Source of the DNA: Heteronotia binoei
Taxonomy: Eukaryota
Reading direction: 5' to 3'
Assembly (NCBI RefSeq): GCF_032191835.1
Contig: NC_083230.1
Span: 76,074,001 to 76,138,000, forward strand
DNA length: 64,000 nt
The position numbers and the translations under genes were made by a program. This document shows, in pieces, positions 1 to 11,801 of the stretch. Below the pieces are notes generated by a model, which saw nothing but the letters and a program-made list of their open reading frames with translations, searched no databases and was not told the DNA's origin. The stretch's first letter is position 1, and each line of letters starts with the position of its first letter.

Positions 1-789
1 TAAATTTGCATAAGCGCTAAGAAATTTGATTCACTACAGGAAAGGGTAGCTAGACGTAAGAGTCAATCAGGTTAGATATTATTCATTAATATAGATGTTG
101 AATCAGGACAGTTGTTAAAAATTGACAATTGTGTAGGATTGTAAATCAAATATGATTTTTTTTTAAATTACTTATTCTTATCAAATTGAACCCCTGCCCT
201 AGCTTTATCTTGAGGGAAGTGCAGGCTGATCTGTGGTGTAGATTTAAATTCTGGATGACACTTGAATTAAATGTTTTGGGGATCCTATACAATTTTTTTA
301 TATATCACATTAACCTTCGAATTATGTGTATGTTCTGTACAACATTTTAGTGCAATATTTAACCCCTTTGCTCTGGGGTGGGTGAATTAGTAGGGCTTGG
401 CTACTATGCAATGGTGAATGTACTTTGTAGAAGTTTGTGTTACCTCCGTTTCCTTGAAATCTATTTATTATAAGCAGAGAAATCCAAACCACCCACAATA
501 GGTACTGCAGCAGGCATGACTACCTGAAGATATGATCTGCACAGTTTTCTGGGAATTTTTGACAATTACATGACTTTAATTTACAAAGAAAAACAAAAGT
601 TTCTGTCTGGCGAGGTCTTCTCAGCTCCTGCATTCAAGGCTTAGGAGCCCTTTTAAAATCGTTACGTTTTGTTTTGCCGCTCCAAAACTTAAATGGATGC
701 AAACAGCCCCTTCCTGCACTCCTCGGTTCAAAGAATTGATTACTTGGGCGCAGATATTGTGCAAAATTTACAGTTTATTAACTCGAAAG

Positions 790-884
790 AAACACAAACT
801 GAGCGGTCGGAAGAGTCCTTTCTGCCTTGCAGCGGGGCGGGTTTTACAGAGGACCAATCACGAGGCAGCTCTTCTCTATAAATA
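790..884 (+). promoter_or_regulatory. Histone H1 promoter (AC box, GC box, CCAAT, TATA)
   Basis: AAACACA 790-796, GCGGGGCGG about 832-840, CCAAT 854-858 and TATAAATA 877-884, in the order established for vertebrate H1 promoters. Confidence 0.85.
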
Positions 885-953
885 AACAGCGGCTGACCTA
901 CTTGAGTTCACTTTTTTCTTCATTGGTGATTTTATTGCGAGATCTCTGCAGTC

Positions 954-1604
954 ATGTCTGAAACGGCGCCTGCTGTGGCAGTTGCTGCTGCTGCCCCAGC
1001 TCCAGCCTCAAAGGCTCCGGCCAAGAAGGCGAAGAAGACTGGGGCAGCCAAAGCGCGCAAGGCTTCGGGTCCCAGCGTCACTGAGCTGATCACCAAGGCG
1101 GTGGCTGCCTCCAAGGAGCGCAAAGGCGTCTCTCTGGCAGCTCTCAAGAAAGCTCTGGCGGCCGGAGGCTACGATGTGGAGAAGAACAACAGCCGCATCA
1201 AACTGGGGCTCAAAAGCCTGGTGAGCAAAGGGACTCTAGTGCACACGAAGGGCATTGGCGCGTCTGGCTCCTTCAAACTGGGCAAGAAATCTAGCGAGGG
1301 GAAGGAGAAGGCCCCCAAGAAGAAGCCCGCCAAAGCCAAGAAGCCCGTGGCTAAGAAGGCCGCCGGGACAGTGAAGAAGCCCAAGAAGCCTGCGGCAGCT
1401 GCCAAGAAGAGCCCCAAGAAGCCCAAAAAGCCCGCAGCTGCCAAGAAGGCGGCCAAGAGCCCCAAGAAGGCAAAGCCTGTCAAGCCCAAGAAAGTGGCGA
1501 AAAGCCCTGCCAAAGCGAAGGCGGTGAAGCCCAAGACGGCGAAAGCCAAGACTGCCAAACCCAAGGCGGCAAAGGCGAGGAAGGCGGCGCCCAAGAAGAA
1601 GTAA
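954..1604 (+). CDS. H1: Replication-dependent linker histone H1 (216 aa, intronless)
   Basis: MSETAP N-terminus, globular domain [12 protein letters not shown]...GASGSFKL, Lys/Ala/Pro-rich tail with SPKK motifs, followed by a histone stem-loop. Confidence 0.98.
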   Translation: MSETAPAVAVAAAAPAPASKAPAKKAKKTGAAKARKASGPSVTELITKAVAASKERKGVSLAALKKALAAGGYDVEKNNSRIKLGLKSLVSKGTLVHTKGIGASGSFKLGKKSSEGKEKAPKKKPAKAKKPVAKKAAGTVKKPKKPAAAAKKSPKKPKKPAAAKKAAKSPKKAKPVKPKKVAKSPAKAKAVKPKTAKAKTAKPKAAKARKAAPKKK

Positions 1605-1638
1605 ACCTCTGGACAGTGTGTTTTGCAAAAACCCCAAA

Positions 1639-1679
1639 GGCTCTTTTAAGAGCCACCCACTTAGTCTAAAAAAGAGCTG
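1639..1679 (+). terminator. Histone 3' stem-loop and downstream element (H1)
   Basis: GGCTCTTTTAAGAGCC at 1639-1654, then purine-rich AAAAGAGCTG at about 1670-1679. Confidence 0.95.
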
Positions 1680-2366
1680 GCACGCGCCTGGGTCAGAGGA
1701 GGCGACCCCTCTTGGAGCTGTCCCCTGACAAGCTTGCGAAAAGCCTGAGGTTAGGTTCTCGGGTGGTTTCACATACCGTACATTGAATTCACAGGGGGAG
1801 GGGGTTTGCTTTACCGTGGAAGTAGTAGAAGCCAGAGGTAGCCCCGAAAAGTACAACTCATTTGAATTGCAGTTAATGTATTTTGGGGAGGTAATTTAGG
1901 CGAGAGGGAAACTAACCAGTGAGCACGGGAGAGTCTAGTTCTTAAAAGCAGAATTTCAGATTTTTCTGCAGCTGGCAATTTTTTCGATTTTATATGTACT
2001 TGGGATTCGAATCAAGTGAAAACAATGGGGGCTCAGCATTCTCCCAGACAGGTGTGTGGGCGCGGGGGGCGCTTCTCTTTTACATCTTACAGGAGATATT
2101 TACCATTTCAATCTTAAGTGCTGGATGAGTTTAGTGAGACTCTGGAACATACGCGTGTTTAGGATTGGGTTTCAATTAAAGTTGTTGCGTATAAAGAACC
2201 TTCGAGTATAGTATCCAAATCTATTCCTAGTATTAATGCTTCTTGAAAGTCGCTGTCAGAAGAAAACGTATTTTTGGGGCGGAAGTGTGTACGGATGATC
2301 ATATACTGCTAAGGACTGAAATAAAGAACTTTTACTGCGTGTAGTAGTTTGTCATACTTGAAGTAT

Positions 2367-2540
2367 ATTCAGGTAGGTAGCCGTGCTGGTTTGAAGCAAT
2401 AGAACGAAGTATGAATCCAGCAGCACCTTTTAAGACCAACGAAGTTTTATCCTGCGTCTAAACTTTCGTGTGCATAAACACCGAAAGCTTATACCCAGAA
2501 TGAAATTTTGTTGGTCTTAACGGTGCCACTGGACTAACTT
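2367..2540. mobile_element. Palindromic Penelope-like (pLTR-derived) remnant, copy 1
   Basis: Inverted arms (CACCTTTTAAGACCAAC...CTTTCGTGTGCAT / CGAAAGCTTATACCCAG...GTTGGTCTTAACGGTGCCACTGGA), homologous to 21659-21810. The family assignment is from recall of reptile PLE termini. Confidence 0.55.
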
Positions 2541-2702
2541 AAAGCACGTTTACGCGGAAGTCCGGTTTAATTCAGCAATTCTTAGCGCCCATTTTTTTGA
2601 GAAGCGGCTCTCGAAATAATTTGTAAAAATGTTTTTGTGAATGAACATCACAGTGTTTATTTACTGGCTTTTGATTTGCCACTAGAGCCAGTACAACTTG
2701 TG

Positions 2703-3286
<584 letters not shown>

Positions 3287-3312
3287 GCTGCCGCCCTTGA
3301 TTTTAACCCAAA

Positions 3313-3328
3313 GGCTCTTTTAAGAGCC
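3313..3328 (+). terminator. Histone 3' stem-loop (H2B)
   Basis: GGCTCTTTTAAGAGCC followed by ACC. Confidence 0.95.
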
Positions 3329-4130
3329 ACCTATTTCTTCAACAAAAGGCCTATCACTTTCAAAACAAAGCAACTCCATTAACGCCGCGCATTTCCTATG
3401 TAATAAATCGAAAAAGAGGCTTAAGGTGAACTAGTGCTATCCTAAGCAGGTCTAGCCAGTTGGGAGAGCTGGTGTGTTCCCGAAGTAAACACATAAGTTT
3501 TTTCGTTCTTAAAAAACTGAGAACTCAGTCATTGAACTATATTCACAAGGCACGTTGATTTTAATTGTGTTTACTTCCACGGTAGGTGCCTTGCAACCCC
3601 AAATTAAGCGAGTAAGAAGCCTGCTCTTCCACGGAACGTTCGTTAGAATTTTTAAATTCCCGCCTTGAGAGGTTATTGGCCAGTCAGTCCAAAGTCTTTT
3701 ACTTAGAAACTAGGACGAGTAAAACAGCCGCACACAACCAGCAGTAGGAAAACGTTTCGGTTATTCTAACATTTTATTTCAGTATTTACACCTACCCAAA
3801 CTGCGCGAGTGGAAAATGGAATAGCCGTTTTCAGAAAAGTTCATCTAACAACCCACAGCAAAGGAACATGATTTTCAGTTCGAAGAATAAAGTGCATAAA
3901 TATGTTTAGAAAAACGCTTGTTACTTCATCCTCCGCCCACTACTGAAGAGTTTTTAGTGAGGGGAAGGGGGAATCGTTGCACAGGGAAACGCGTCTGCGG
4001 CATCTAACAATTAAAATAATAGCATTTCTGTGAGGAAATATCAACGAAAAGTCAATTCTTGAAATTCAAATGAATATTTAGCAGTTGCATAACGCAAAAT
4101 GGAGACGAGGGACTGAAACTGCAACGATAA

Positions 4131-4742
<612 letters not shown>

Positions 4743-4791
4743 GCGCCCTGCAGCGCCAGAAACACCGCCCCCCCCCCCCCAAGACCCTAAA

Positions 4792-4835
4792 GGCTCTTTT
4801 AAGAGCCACTCCAGATTCACGCGGAAAGAGCTGTT
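4792..4835 (+). terminator. Histone 3' stem-loop and HDE (H3)
   Basis: GGCTCTTTTAAGAGCC 4792-4807; AAAGAGCTG about 4826-4834. Confidence 0.95.
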
Positions 4836-4979
4836 CGCTGATCCCTTTGCTTATATATTGTTGGAAAAAAAATTGAATTTCTACAGGTTGTTAAAACTAC
4901 TTAAGGTACTCGCCATATGCGTAATTTTAAAACATTCCAGGGCTGAGCAGTAAGTACTTCGTACCCTTAGAAGTTGATT

Positions 4980-5520
4980 CCGCTAAACCGAACTTTGCCT
5001 GTCCTAACCAATAGGAAATCACCAGTGACTGCTAGCCAGTAGGATTACTCAAGCGGGCTAGGCTAGTTTGTTGAGGTCTTTTCTGATTGCTCGAGCAGTT
5101 TAAAAGATGAAAGCCCGCGCATTTTTTGCAGACTGCGCTACGAGGGCTCTGGGTTTCTATAAGCGTATTGTGAAGCTGATTCGGGCGAGCTCATGCTGAA
5201 GTAAATGTTAGCTTTCAGTCTAGTTTGAATAAGCGTATGCTTATCGTGCTGATAGAGGCGGCTGCAGCTTTCCTCAAATGTACTGCGGATTAGGTTCTAT
5301 GGGGATGGGCTGCTCCGGTGGTGACTCCGCGGTCGACTAACTCGGAAGCTGTGTCGTCGTGTTCCAGGTTACCCAGTCAGGACCATAATTGTTTTGTGAA
5401 TTCGGAACAACAAATAACATTAGACAGTATTTAGCTTTCGCATGTAGTTTTCACAATTGGGCAGACAAAGATGCACGACTAACAAGAAAGTAGGGGCCCG
5501 CGCTTCGGCAGTTGCGCAGG
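4980..5520. promoter_or_regulatory. CpG-rich promoter-like segment downstream of H3
   Basis: CpG density visibly higher than downstream DNA, CCAAT at 5008, candidate donor CAG|GTGGGA at 5519/5520. No histone ORF found. Confidence 0.35.
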
Positions 5521-6310
5521 TGGGATGAAAATAGCTCTGCTGCTACCAATGGCATGCTTTCCTTCACTGAAATCTTAAGGCTGGAGGAAACGACTAGGTG
5601 TTTGAAGTTGAAGAACTGGGTGGAGTCAGATCAGTGGTTTCAGCCACCTGGTTTTAGAAGTGTAGGGAGGCAGAACACTGGCGCTCCATTTCCTGCTGAG
5701 AAAAATGCCATTCATGCTTTCCAAGCAGTTAACCGTTCCTGATGACCCTTTAAAAAAAAAAGTTTCTGTGATTAGCCGTTGTTGCTGGTATGATATAAGT
5801 CAGTAAATAAAAGAATGCTGTGCTACAGCCTTTGATCATGGAGCAAAGGGAACATCTCATTTGGGATTTCAGAATGCTATTTGGCATGTAGTTGGATATA
5901 ATGAGGGGGACGGTGGGAAGGTGTTTCTATTCAAACTAATGTCTGTAAATGCTTGGACCCCAAGTTGGTTAAAAAGCGCACCTGCCATGTCTTTTTTGTG
6001 CCTCCAGAATAACATTCTTTGTTTAATCAGATCTTCACCACCTGAGATAATCTTGTCCTGTGTTGCAGGCTGCGACCACAGTGATCTCAGACAGTAAATG
6101 CCAGCCTGAGTCAAAGAACAGCATGCCTAATGTACATGAACCTAAGCTATATTCTATAAGGTAAGGCACCCCTCTCCTGGGTTTTTGTGGGCCTTCAGGG
6201 GGGGGAAAAAGTGTGTCTTGGGAATTCTGACACAGGGAGGTTGGAATTAACCACAAAATGGCTGCTGTAGGATGTGGAACTAACCACAAAAATGTTAAGG
6301 AGTGAGGTAG

Positions 6311-6811
6311 AGGCATAGTGTTGGAAGGGACTGCCAGGGTCATCTAGTCCAACCCCCTGCACAATGCAGGAAATTCGTAAATACCTCCTCCACACACACC
6401 CAGTGACACCTGCTCCAAACCCAGAAAATGGCAAAAAACAAATAACCCTTCCAGGATGCCTGGCCTGGAGAAAAATTGCTGCCTGACCCCGAAGTGACAA
6501 CCAACATTTTCCTGGATGTGTAAGAAGGGACAATGAGAACTAAGCACTGATGCAACCCATCCTTTCCTCCTCGTGATCTGTCTAAATCCACAGAATCAGC
6601 ATTGCTGTCAAATGGCCTCTAGCTTCTGTTTAAAAACCTCCAAAGTAGGAGGGGAGCCCACCACCTTTTGAGGAAGCCTGTTCCACTGAGGAACTGCTCT
6701 GTCAGGAAGTTCTTCCTAATGTTTAATTAAAAACTCTTGATTTAATTTCAGCCTGTTGGTTCTGGTCCAGTCTTCTGGGGCAACAGAAAACAACTCTGCA
6801 CCATCCTCTGT
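6311..6811 (-). mobile_element. CR1 LINE 3' fragment
   Basis: Typical CR1 3' end motif (TTGGAAGGGAC...CATCTAGTCCAACCCCCTGC) plus degenerate ORF2 C-terminus. Confidence 0.65.
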
Positions 6812-9800
6812 GCATAATTCAGATAATAGGTCTTAAACTTTTAAGACAGAAGCTCTATTTAATGAAGTGGTTTTTAAAATTCATGTTATTTATAAATATT
6901 TTCTTGCATACCCACAGAATAGTATACATATTGAGCTAGCTAAGAAACCCTCATCTGGCAGTATCTGTCTTCATTTTGCCTCCATGTAATGGAAGAGGAA
7001 TGCTTGTGTTCTGACTATTCCTGTACCTGCTGAACCCTTCTGTCTTGAGCTGAGTCATTTTTAACCTGAACTGTTACTTGTAACACTTACTGTTGGTGCT
7101 TGAATGGCTGGTGAGAACTCTGTGCATGTGCACAGCAAGAGATTCTGGACAGACTTGGATAGGATCTTAAGTAATTTTTGAAAAGTAAACAAAATCTGAT
7201 GGAGTTAAGTAATTGTCAACTTCCACTTGAATTATAAGATTATGTGTAAATTGGCAATATTTGATTTCAATAAAAGTTCAAATTACCGGTATGTGTTTTA
7301 AGCATTTCAGCCATGCAGTCTAATACTGCTCAGCCAGAATTCCACTGTGTTTTTAGAATATCACTGCTGTTTGCACAGGTAAAAAATATATAAAGCCACT
7401 GTCTATATTATGCTGTCACAAAACTCAGCCCCTTTCGGCCCTGCCCAGTTTCTATAACCATTTGTCAGATGCCAGGAAAGGTGGTAGCAGGCACCTTGTT
7501 GGGGATGATCCTTGGTCTAGGAAGCATTTCATATATGGACATTTTTGTGAAGCCTGATGGGATGAATAGCTTTCACCCTGCAAGTTAGTGTTTAGTCTCT
7601 TTAAATTTAGAAATTGATTGCACGACAGTAATATTTAATTTCTTCCTGGAGTTTCTCACTGAAACGGTTTCATTTAGGGTTACTTGAGCACCTGCTGGTT
7701 TGGCTCATTTTCTGATCACCAGTCACAGCCAGGGAGCCAATTTTTCTGCTGTTCATGAATAATTTGAGCATGTTTGGCAGGTTGTGTGAAAGGCAGCATA
7801 TTACACGTGTTTTTGTGAAGCCCAAAAGGAATTTATATTTCCTATAACAGCCATACCTCTTATAGCTGCACATTGCTTTGCTGTCAGTTGTTTTAAAAAG
7901 GGAAAGCTAGTCATAAACACTATGGTTTTAAAAAATCTTTGTGTTGACCTAAATCCATATTCCAGTAATACTAATACCTGATCTGTCCATATATGAAATG
8001 CTGCCAATCTGTACAGACCAGATATTACTGTTTTGCAGTAAGTGGCTCCTTGGGTATCCATCAGACCTGGTCAGCCTGTTTCTTTACTTTCTCAGGTAGT
8101 TAATGAGACTGCTTGGTGTAAACTGTACTGGTCTTTGTCCCCATTTGAAGGAGTAAAGGAGATGTAGTTATATCTTAAGGACTGACTATAGAAAATGGGC
8201 TGGTGTATTTATTGCATTTGGGATGGTTGCTAGAAACATGTAGGCAAATGCAGTCATTTGATTTTTGGTAAACAATGGTGTTTATATGTTCATCACATTA
8301 GCCCTGTTCACACGTTACAGTGACTGCATGTACTATCTATGTACACTCTACACTTGATTGATCTTTGCATGTGTTTTGAGTAATTCTTATGTGGCATTCC
8401 ATGCATCTACAGCTGAACGTCTGATACCCCACATTTATCCAGGTACTGGTTCCTAGTTTCATTCTGTGAAATGAATATGTGTTGGCTCTTCTTTACAAAT
8501 GGATAGGTGCATGAACAGGCACTCACTAACATGTAAACAGGCTCATAACTGCACAGTGATATCCAGAAAATGGATCTGCTACATGGACTGGTCAGGCTGA
8601 TGGTTGGATGGAAATAGCTGAAGTCTTGGTGAAAATAAATTAGAGAATAAGTTATCTTTACATCTATCAATAAGTATTTCCCTGTTTTGGAAGCATAAAA
8701 TGGATATCTGTTGTCTATAAAACTGAACAATAGATGTTCTTTTGTAATCTTACTGCCATTAACATGTTCTGGTTGATCCTGTTAAGTTAGTTACAGTGCA
8801 GACCCATTAAATCTTTATCTTACCAGATAAAATTCAGTGTCCAAGAACTGCCCCCTGTTCAAAGACTATAAGACAGCGAGGGGTGCGTAGGTGTCTTGGC
8901 TTTCAGTGTTTCAAGGAACAGCTTGAGCAGAAAGAGCAAGGAGTTTCTCTGAGACTGATGAATAAGGAAGAGGAAGTTTCTTGGATGCCTCAGCAAAGAT
9001 GCTAAACAGTCTGTAGCACAATTCCAAAAGTGGGTAAAATAACAAGCATGCTCCCCAACTACACCATTCTTGTTACAGTCAGTCTGCACTGGTTCATAAC
9101 ATATAGACGTAAGTACAGTTCTAATTAGTTTCTTTGCTAAGCAGATCACACCTTGATTCTAAATGGTTTGGTGCATGGGAATGTGTTTGAATCCCACAAG
9201 AATTACTTGTATCTGTGTGTAGGGCTGTCATTCTATGTAAAGTTACTTTTGGAGTCAGCCCCATTTACATCAAAGTAAACATTGACTGGACTAGGCTGCA
9301 AAGCAGGTTCCAACTGTTTAAACTAGGACTGGGGCACAAGTCTGTTCGCTGCTCAAGTCACAGCCTAGTTAAGTGTTGTTGTTATGTGGGGTTTAAGCTG
9401 ATTTGTTCTCATTGTAATATGGCTAAAGTTGGTATAAGCATTCTGACATTAATTTGGTGGCTGGGCTACAGGTCTTCAAGATTGTACACTTTTCACATGA
9501 AGGATTCTTATTCATACATTTGTTGAGATAAACGGGCACAGAATGTGGGTACTTCACTTGCACAAGTACAATCATGTCAAAGCTATGTGAAGACACCACA
9601 CATTTTCTGCCATGTTTTAGCTTTTCAGTAACTTCAGTGTGCTTGATGGATTCATAATTTCTTGCTTTCCTTTCTAGGCAGTGCAGGCAATGTTGCCATT
9701 GCAGATGCTTCAATAATTCCAGTTGGAGGTAAATGCTGATTGGGATGCATGGATGATTTATTTAGATTTAACCCCCTGCCCCCATATCCCACTGGCCTGA

Positions 9801-10548
9801 AGTAGTATTAAAAATAATCTTTTGGATCAGAAAGGTGTACGGAGCTGCAGACATGTGAACCCATCATTGTGATGCCTGATGAAAGACAAATCCTGCACAT
9901 GGTGGTGCACACAATAAGTCTGTTTTTTCTGGGAGGCCAGCTATGCTTCCAGATGGTTTTGTGACAAGGCTGTCTGAGTCATCTGATGGCACTGAAACAT
10001 AAATTGATTTACAAAAGGATATAGATAACTCTAGTGTGGCAGTTTGCTGGTCACACTGTCATTCAGTTTTGTATTCCTAACCCTATTGCATCATTCATTG
10101 GCTATCTTATCCTGTATGATTATATTATTGCTTATGCTATCTATCTGTTCGGTACTTCTAATCCAATTTGCACTGTTTATCAGATGCCCTGTACTGTATA
10201 TGACATTATTTTCTCTTTTGTTGCTCTGTAATCCACCTTGGGTCTTAGTGAGTAAGATGGGTTGTAAGTGAGTAAATAAAATATATATTTTTTAAATTCC
10301 ATGGAGCAAGTAGCTGTATTAGCACTGATGGCTGGACCTGTAGCTTCCATATTCAGAGACAATAATCCTTGGAGTACTAGATGCTGGGAGGAGAAATACA
10401 TGATGGATTGTTCCATCTTGCCCTGCTTTATGTGCAGGAGCATCTAGCTAGCCACTGTCAGAAACAGAATTTTCAATAGCCTTGGGTTGCTATGTGTGTT
10501 TTTGTTTTTGCTCTAAATAAATCCCATCCTCTCTCCCTCCTACCCCAG

Positions 10549-10834
10549 ATCCTAATATAGCAGTGGGGAAAATATCCTCCCAGTCGAGCACTTTTGAAAC
10601 AAAAGGAGAGTCCAGGAAGGCTGTGGATGGGTCTCTGGCAAATAGTTATGCTAATGGAGATTGCACTCTGACGAAGAAGGAGTTTGAACCCTGGTGGATG
10701 GTGGATTTGATTTCAGCATTTCAGGTGTCTGCTGTGGTTGTCACTAACAGAGGAGACTGTTGTGAATCGCGCATAAAAGGAGCTGAGATTCTGATTGGGG
10801 ATTTGCCTGAGAAAGGAGGCACCATGAATCCCAG
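10549..10834 (+). CDS. FTLD-pentraxin fusion gene (pentraxin fusion protein-like), FTLD exon A
   Basis: Pyrimidine tract+CAG acceptor, donor AG|GTATTT. Encodes PNIAVGKISSQSST...AVDGS...CTLT...PWWMVDL...NRGDCCESRIKGAEILIG...NP. 286 bp, the same length as both exon A copies of gene 2. Confidence 0.92.
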
Positions 10835-11285
10835 GTATTTGCCTGATGCCTCCCAACATACACAGATGCACTGCAATAGTAACTTGTTTGTAGTCCAATA
10901 TTTAGTTCTAGGTTGGGTGTATTTAGAATCCATAGTTTGGGCCTACTGAATGAGATCCACTATTCAAGATTTTTTGTTTTCTCTCCAGTCTATTTTAGAC
11001 AATTTTGCCAGCAGATAATTTGCTAGGGTTATTCTAGTAGTTCAAGTTCTGGGTAAGCAGCCCATAAATATGCTTCAGGGTCTTACAGCATTTTTATTTA
11101 CATGGTGAAGATGGTTCAATAAAACTGTGGAGCATTCTCACAAATAGTTTCTCCATATTGTCTTCTACACTTTCTGACTCTTAAAAGTTTATACCTGGAA
11201 ACTCTTGTTGGTTTCTAAGTGCTACTGCACTCGAATCTAGCTTTTCTACTATAGGCCCTTTGAAACTATTTGGAAAGCATTAGGT

Positions 11286-11434
11286 CAGGGGTGGCCAACG
11301 GTAGCTCTCCAGATGTGTTTCGCCTCTCATCAGGCTCTCAACTCTCATCAGCCCCAGCCAGCATGGCCAATGGCTAGGGCCAATGGGAGTTGTAGGCAAA
11401 AAAACATCTGGAGAGATACCGTTGGCCACCCCTG
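11286..11434. mobile_element. Palindromic hAT-type MITE
   Basis: TIRs CAGGGGTGGCCAACGGTA; 8-bp TSD cattaggt/cattagg(a); sister copy at 38125. Confidence 0.85.
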
Positions 11435-11801
11435 CATTAGGATCTTCTTCGTAGTCTCTGTGCTTCTCACCCATGGGATGAAGCTTCAGTGCCAATTCCC
11501 GATTGGTAGTACCCAAGACCGGGATTTTAACGCACCAACGTCCCGTGAGCATGCGCAAAGCCCCCACCACGCATGCTCCCGGGATGGCGTGGAGATCCCG
11601 CCAGTTCCTTTTTGACCACCGTATCGGACAGTCATATTTTGGCTTCTCCAGTCAGTATTTAGCTTTTCTGCCCTTACCGGGTACTTTTCTTCATAGTTTA
11701 TAGTGTTATTAATAGTGTATATATATAAAAAATGGTTATTGTAGATGGGGTTTCTGACCCTTCGGGGTCTCCCCTTTGTTCTCCCTTTTCCTGTTGTTTC
11801 T

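Noticed and set aside
932-1856. Long minus-strand ORFs over H1
   Set aside because: Antisense shadows of the Lys/Ala/Pro-rich, GC-biased H1 codons; no independent promoter or motif.
7993-9480. Candidate signal-peptide exons for gene 1 (ATGs at 7998, about 8195 and about 9419)
   Set aside because: None combines a hydrophobic core, an open frame and a good phase-1 donor.
11317-11333. Minus-strand CTGATGAGAGGCGAAAC, a hammerhead-like core
   Set aside because: Stem II would be 1 bp, and stem I and the GUH site cannot form. The sister MITE at 38125 lacks the motif, so it is a chance product of a local rearrangement.
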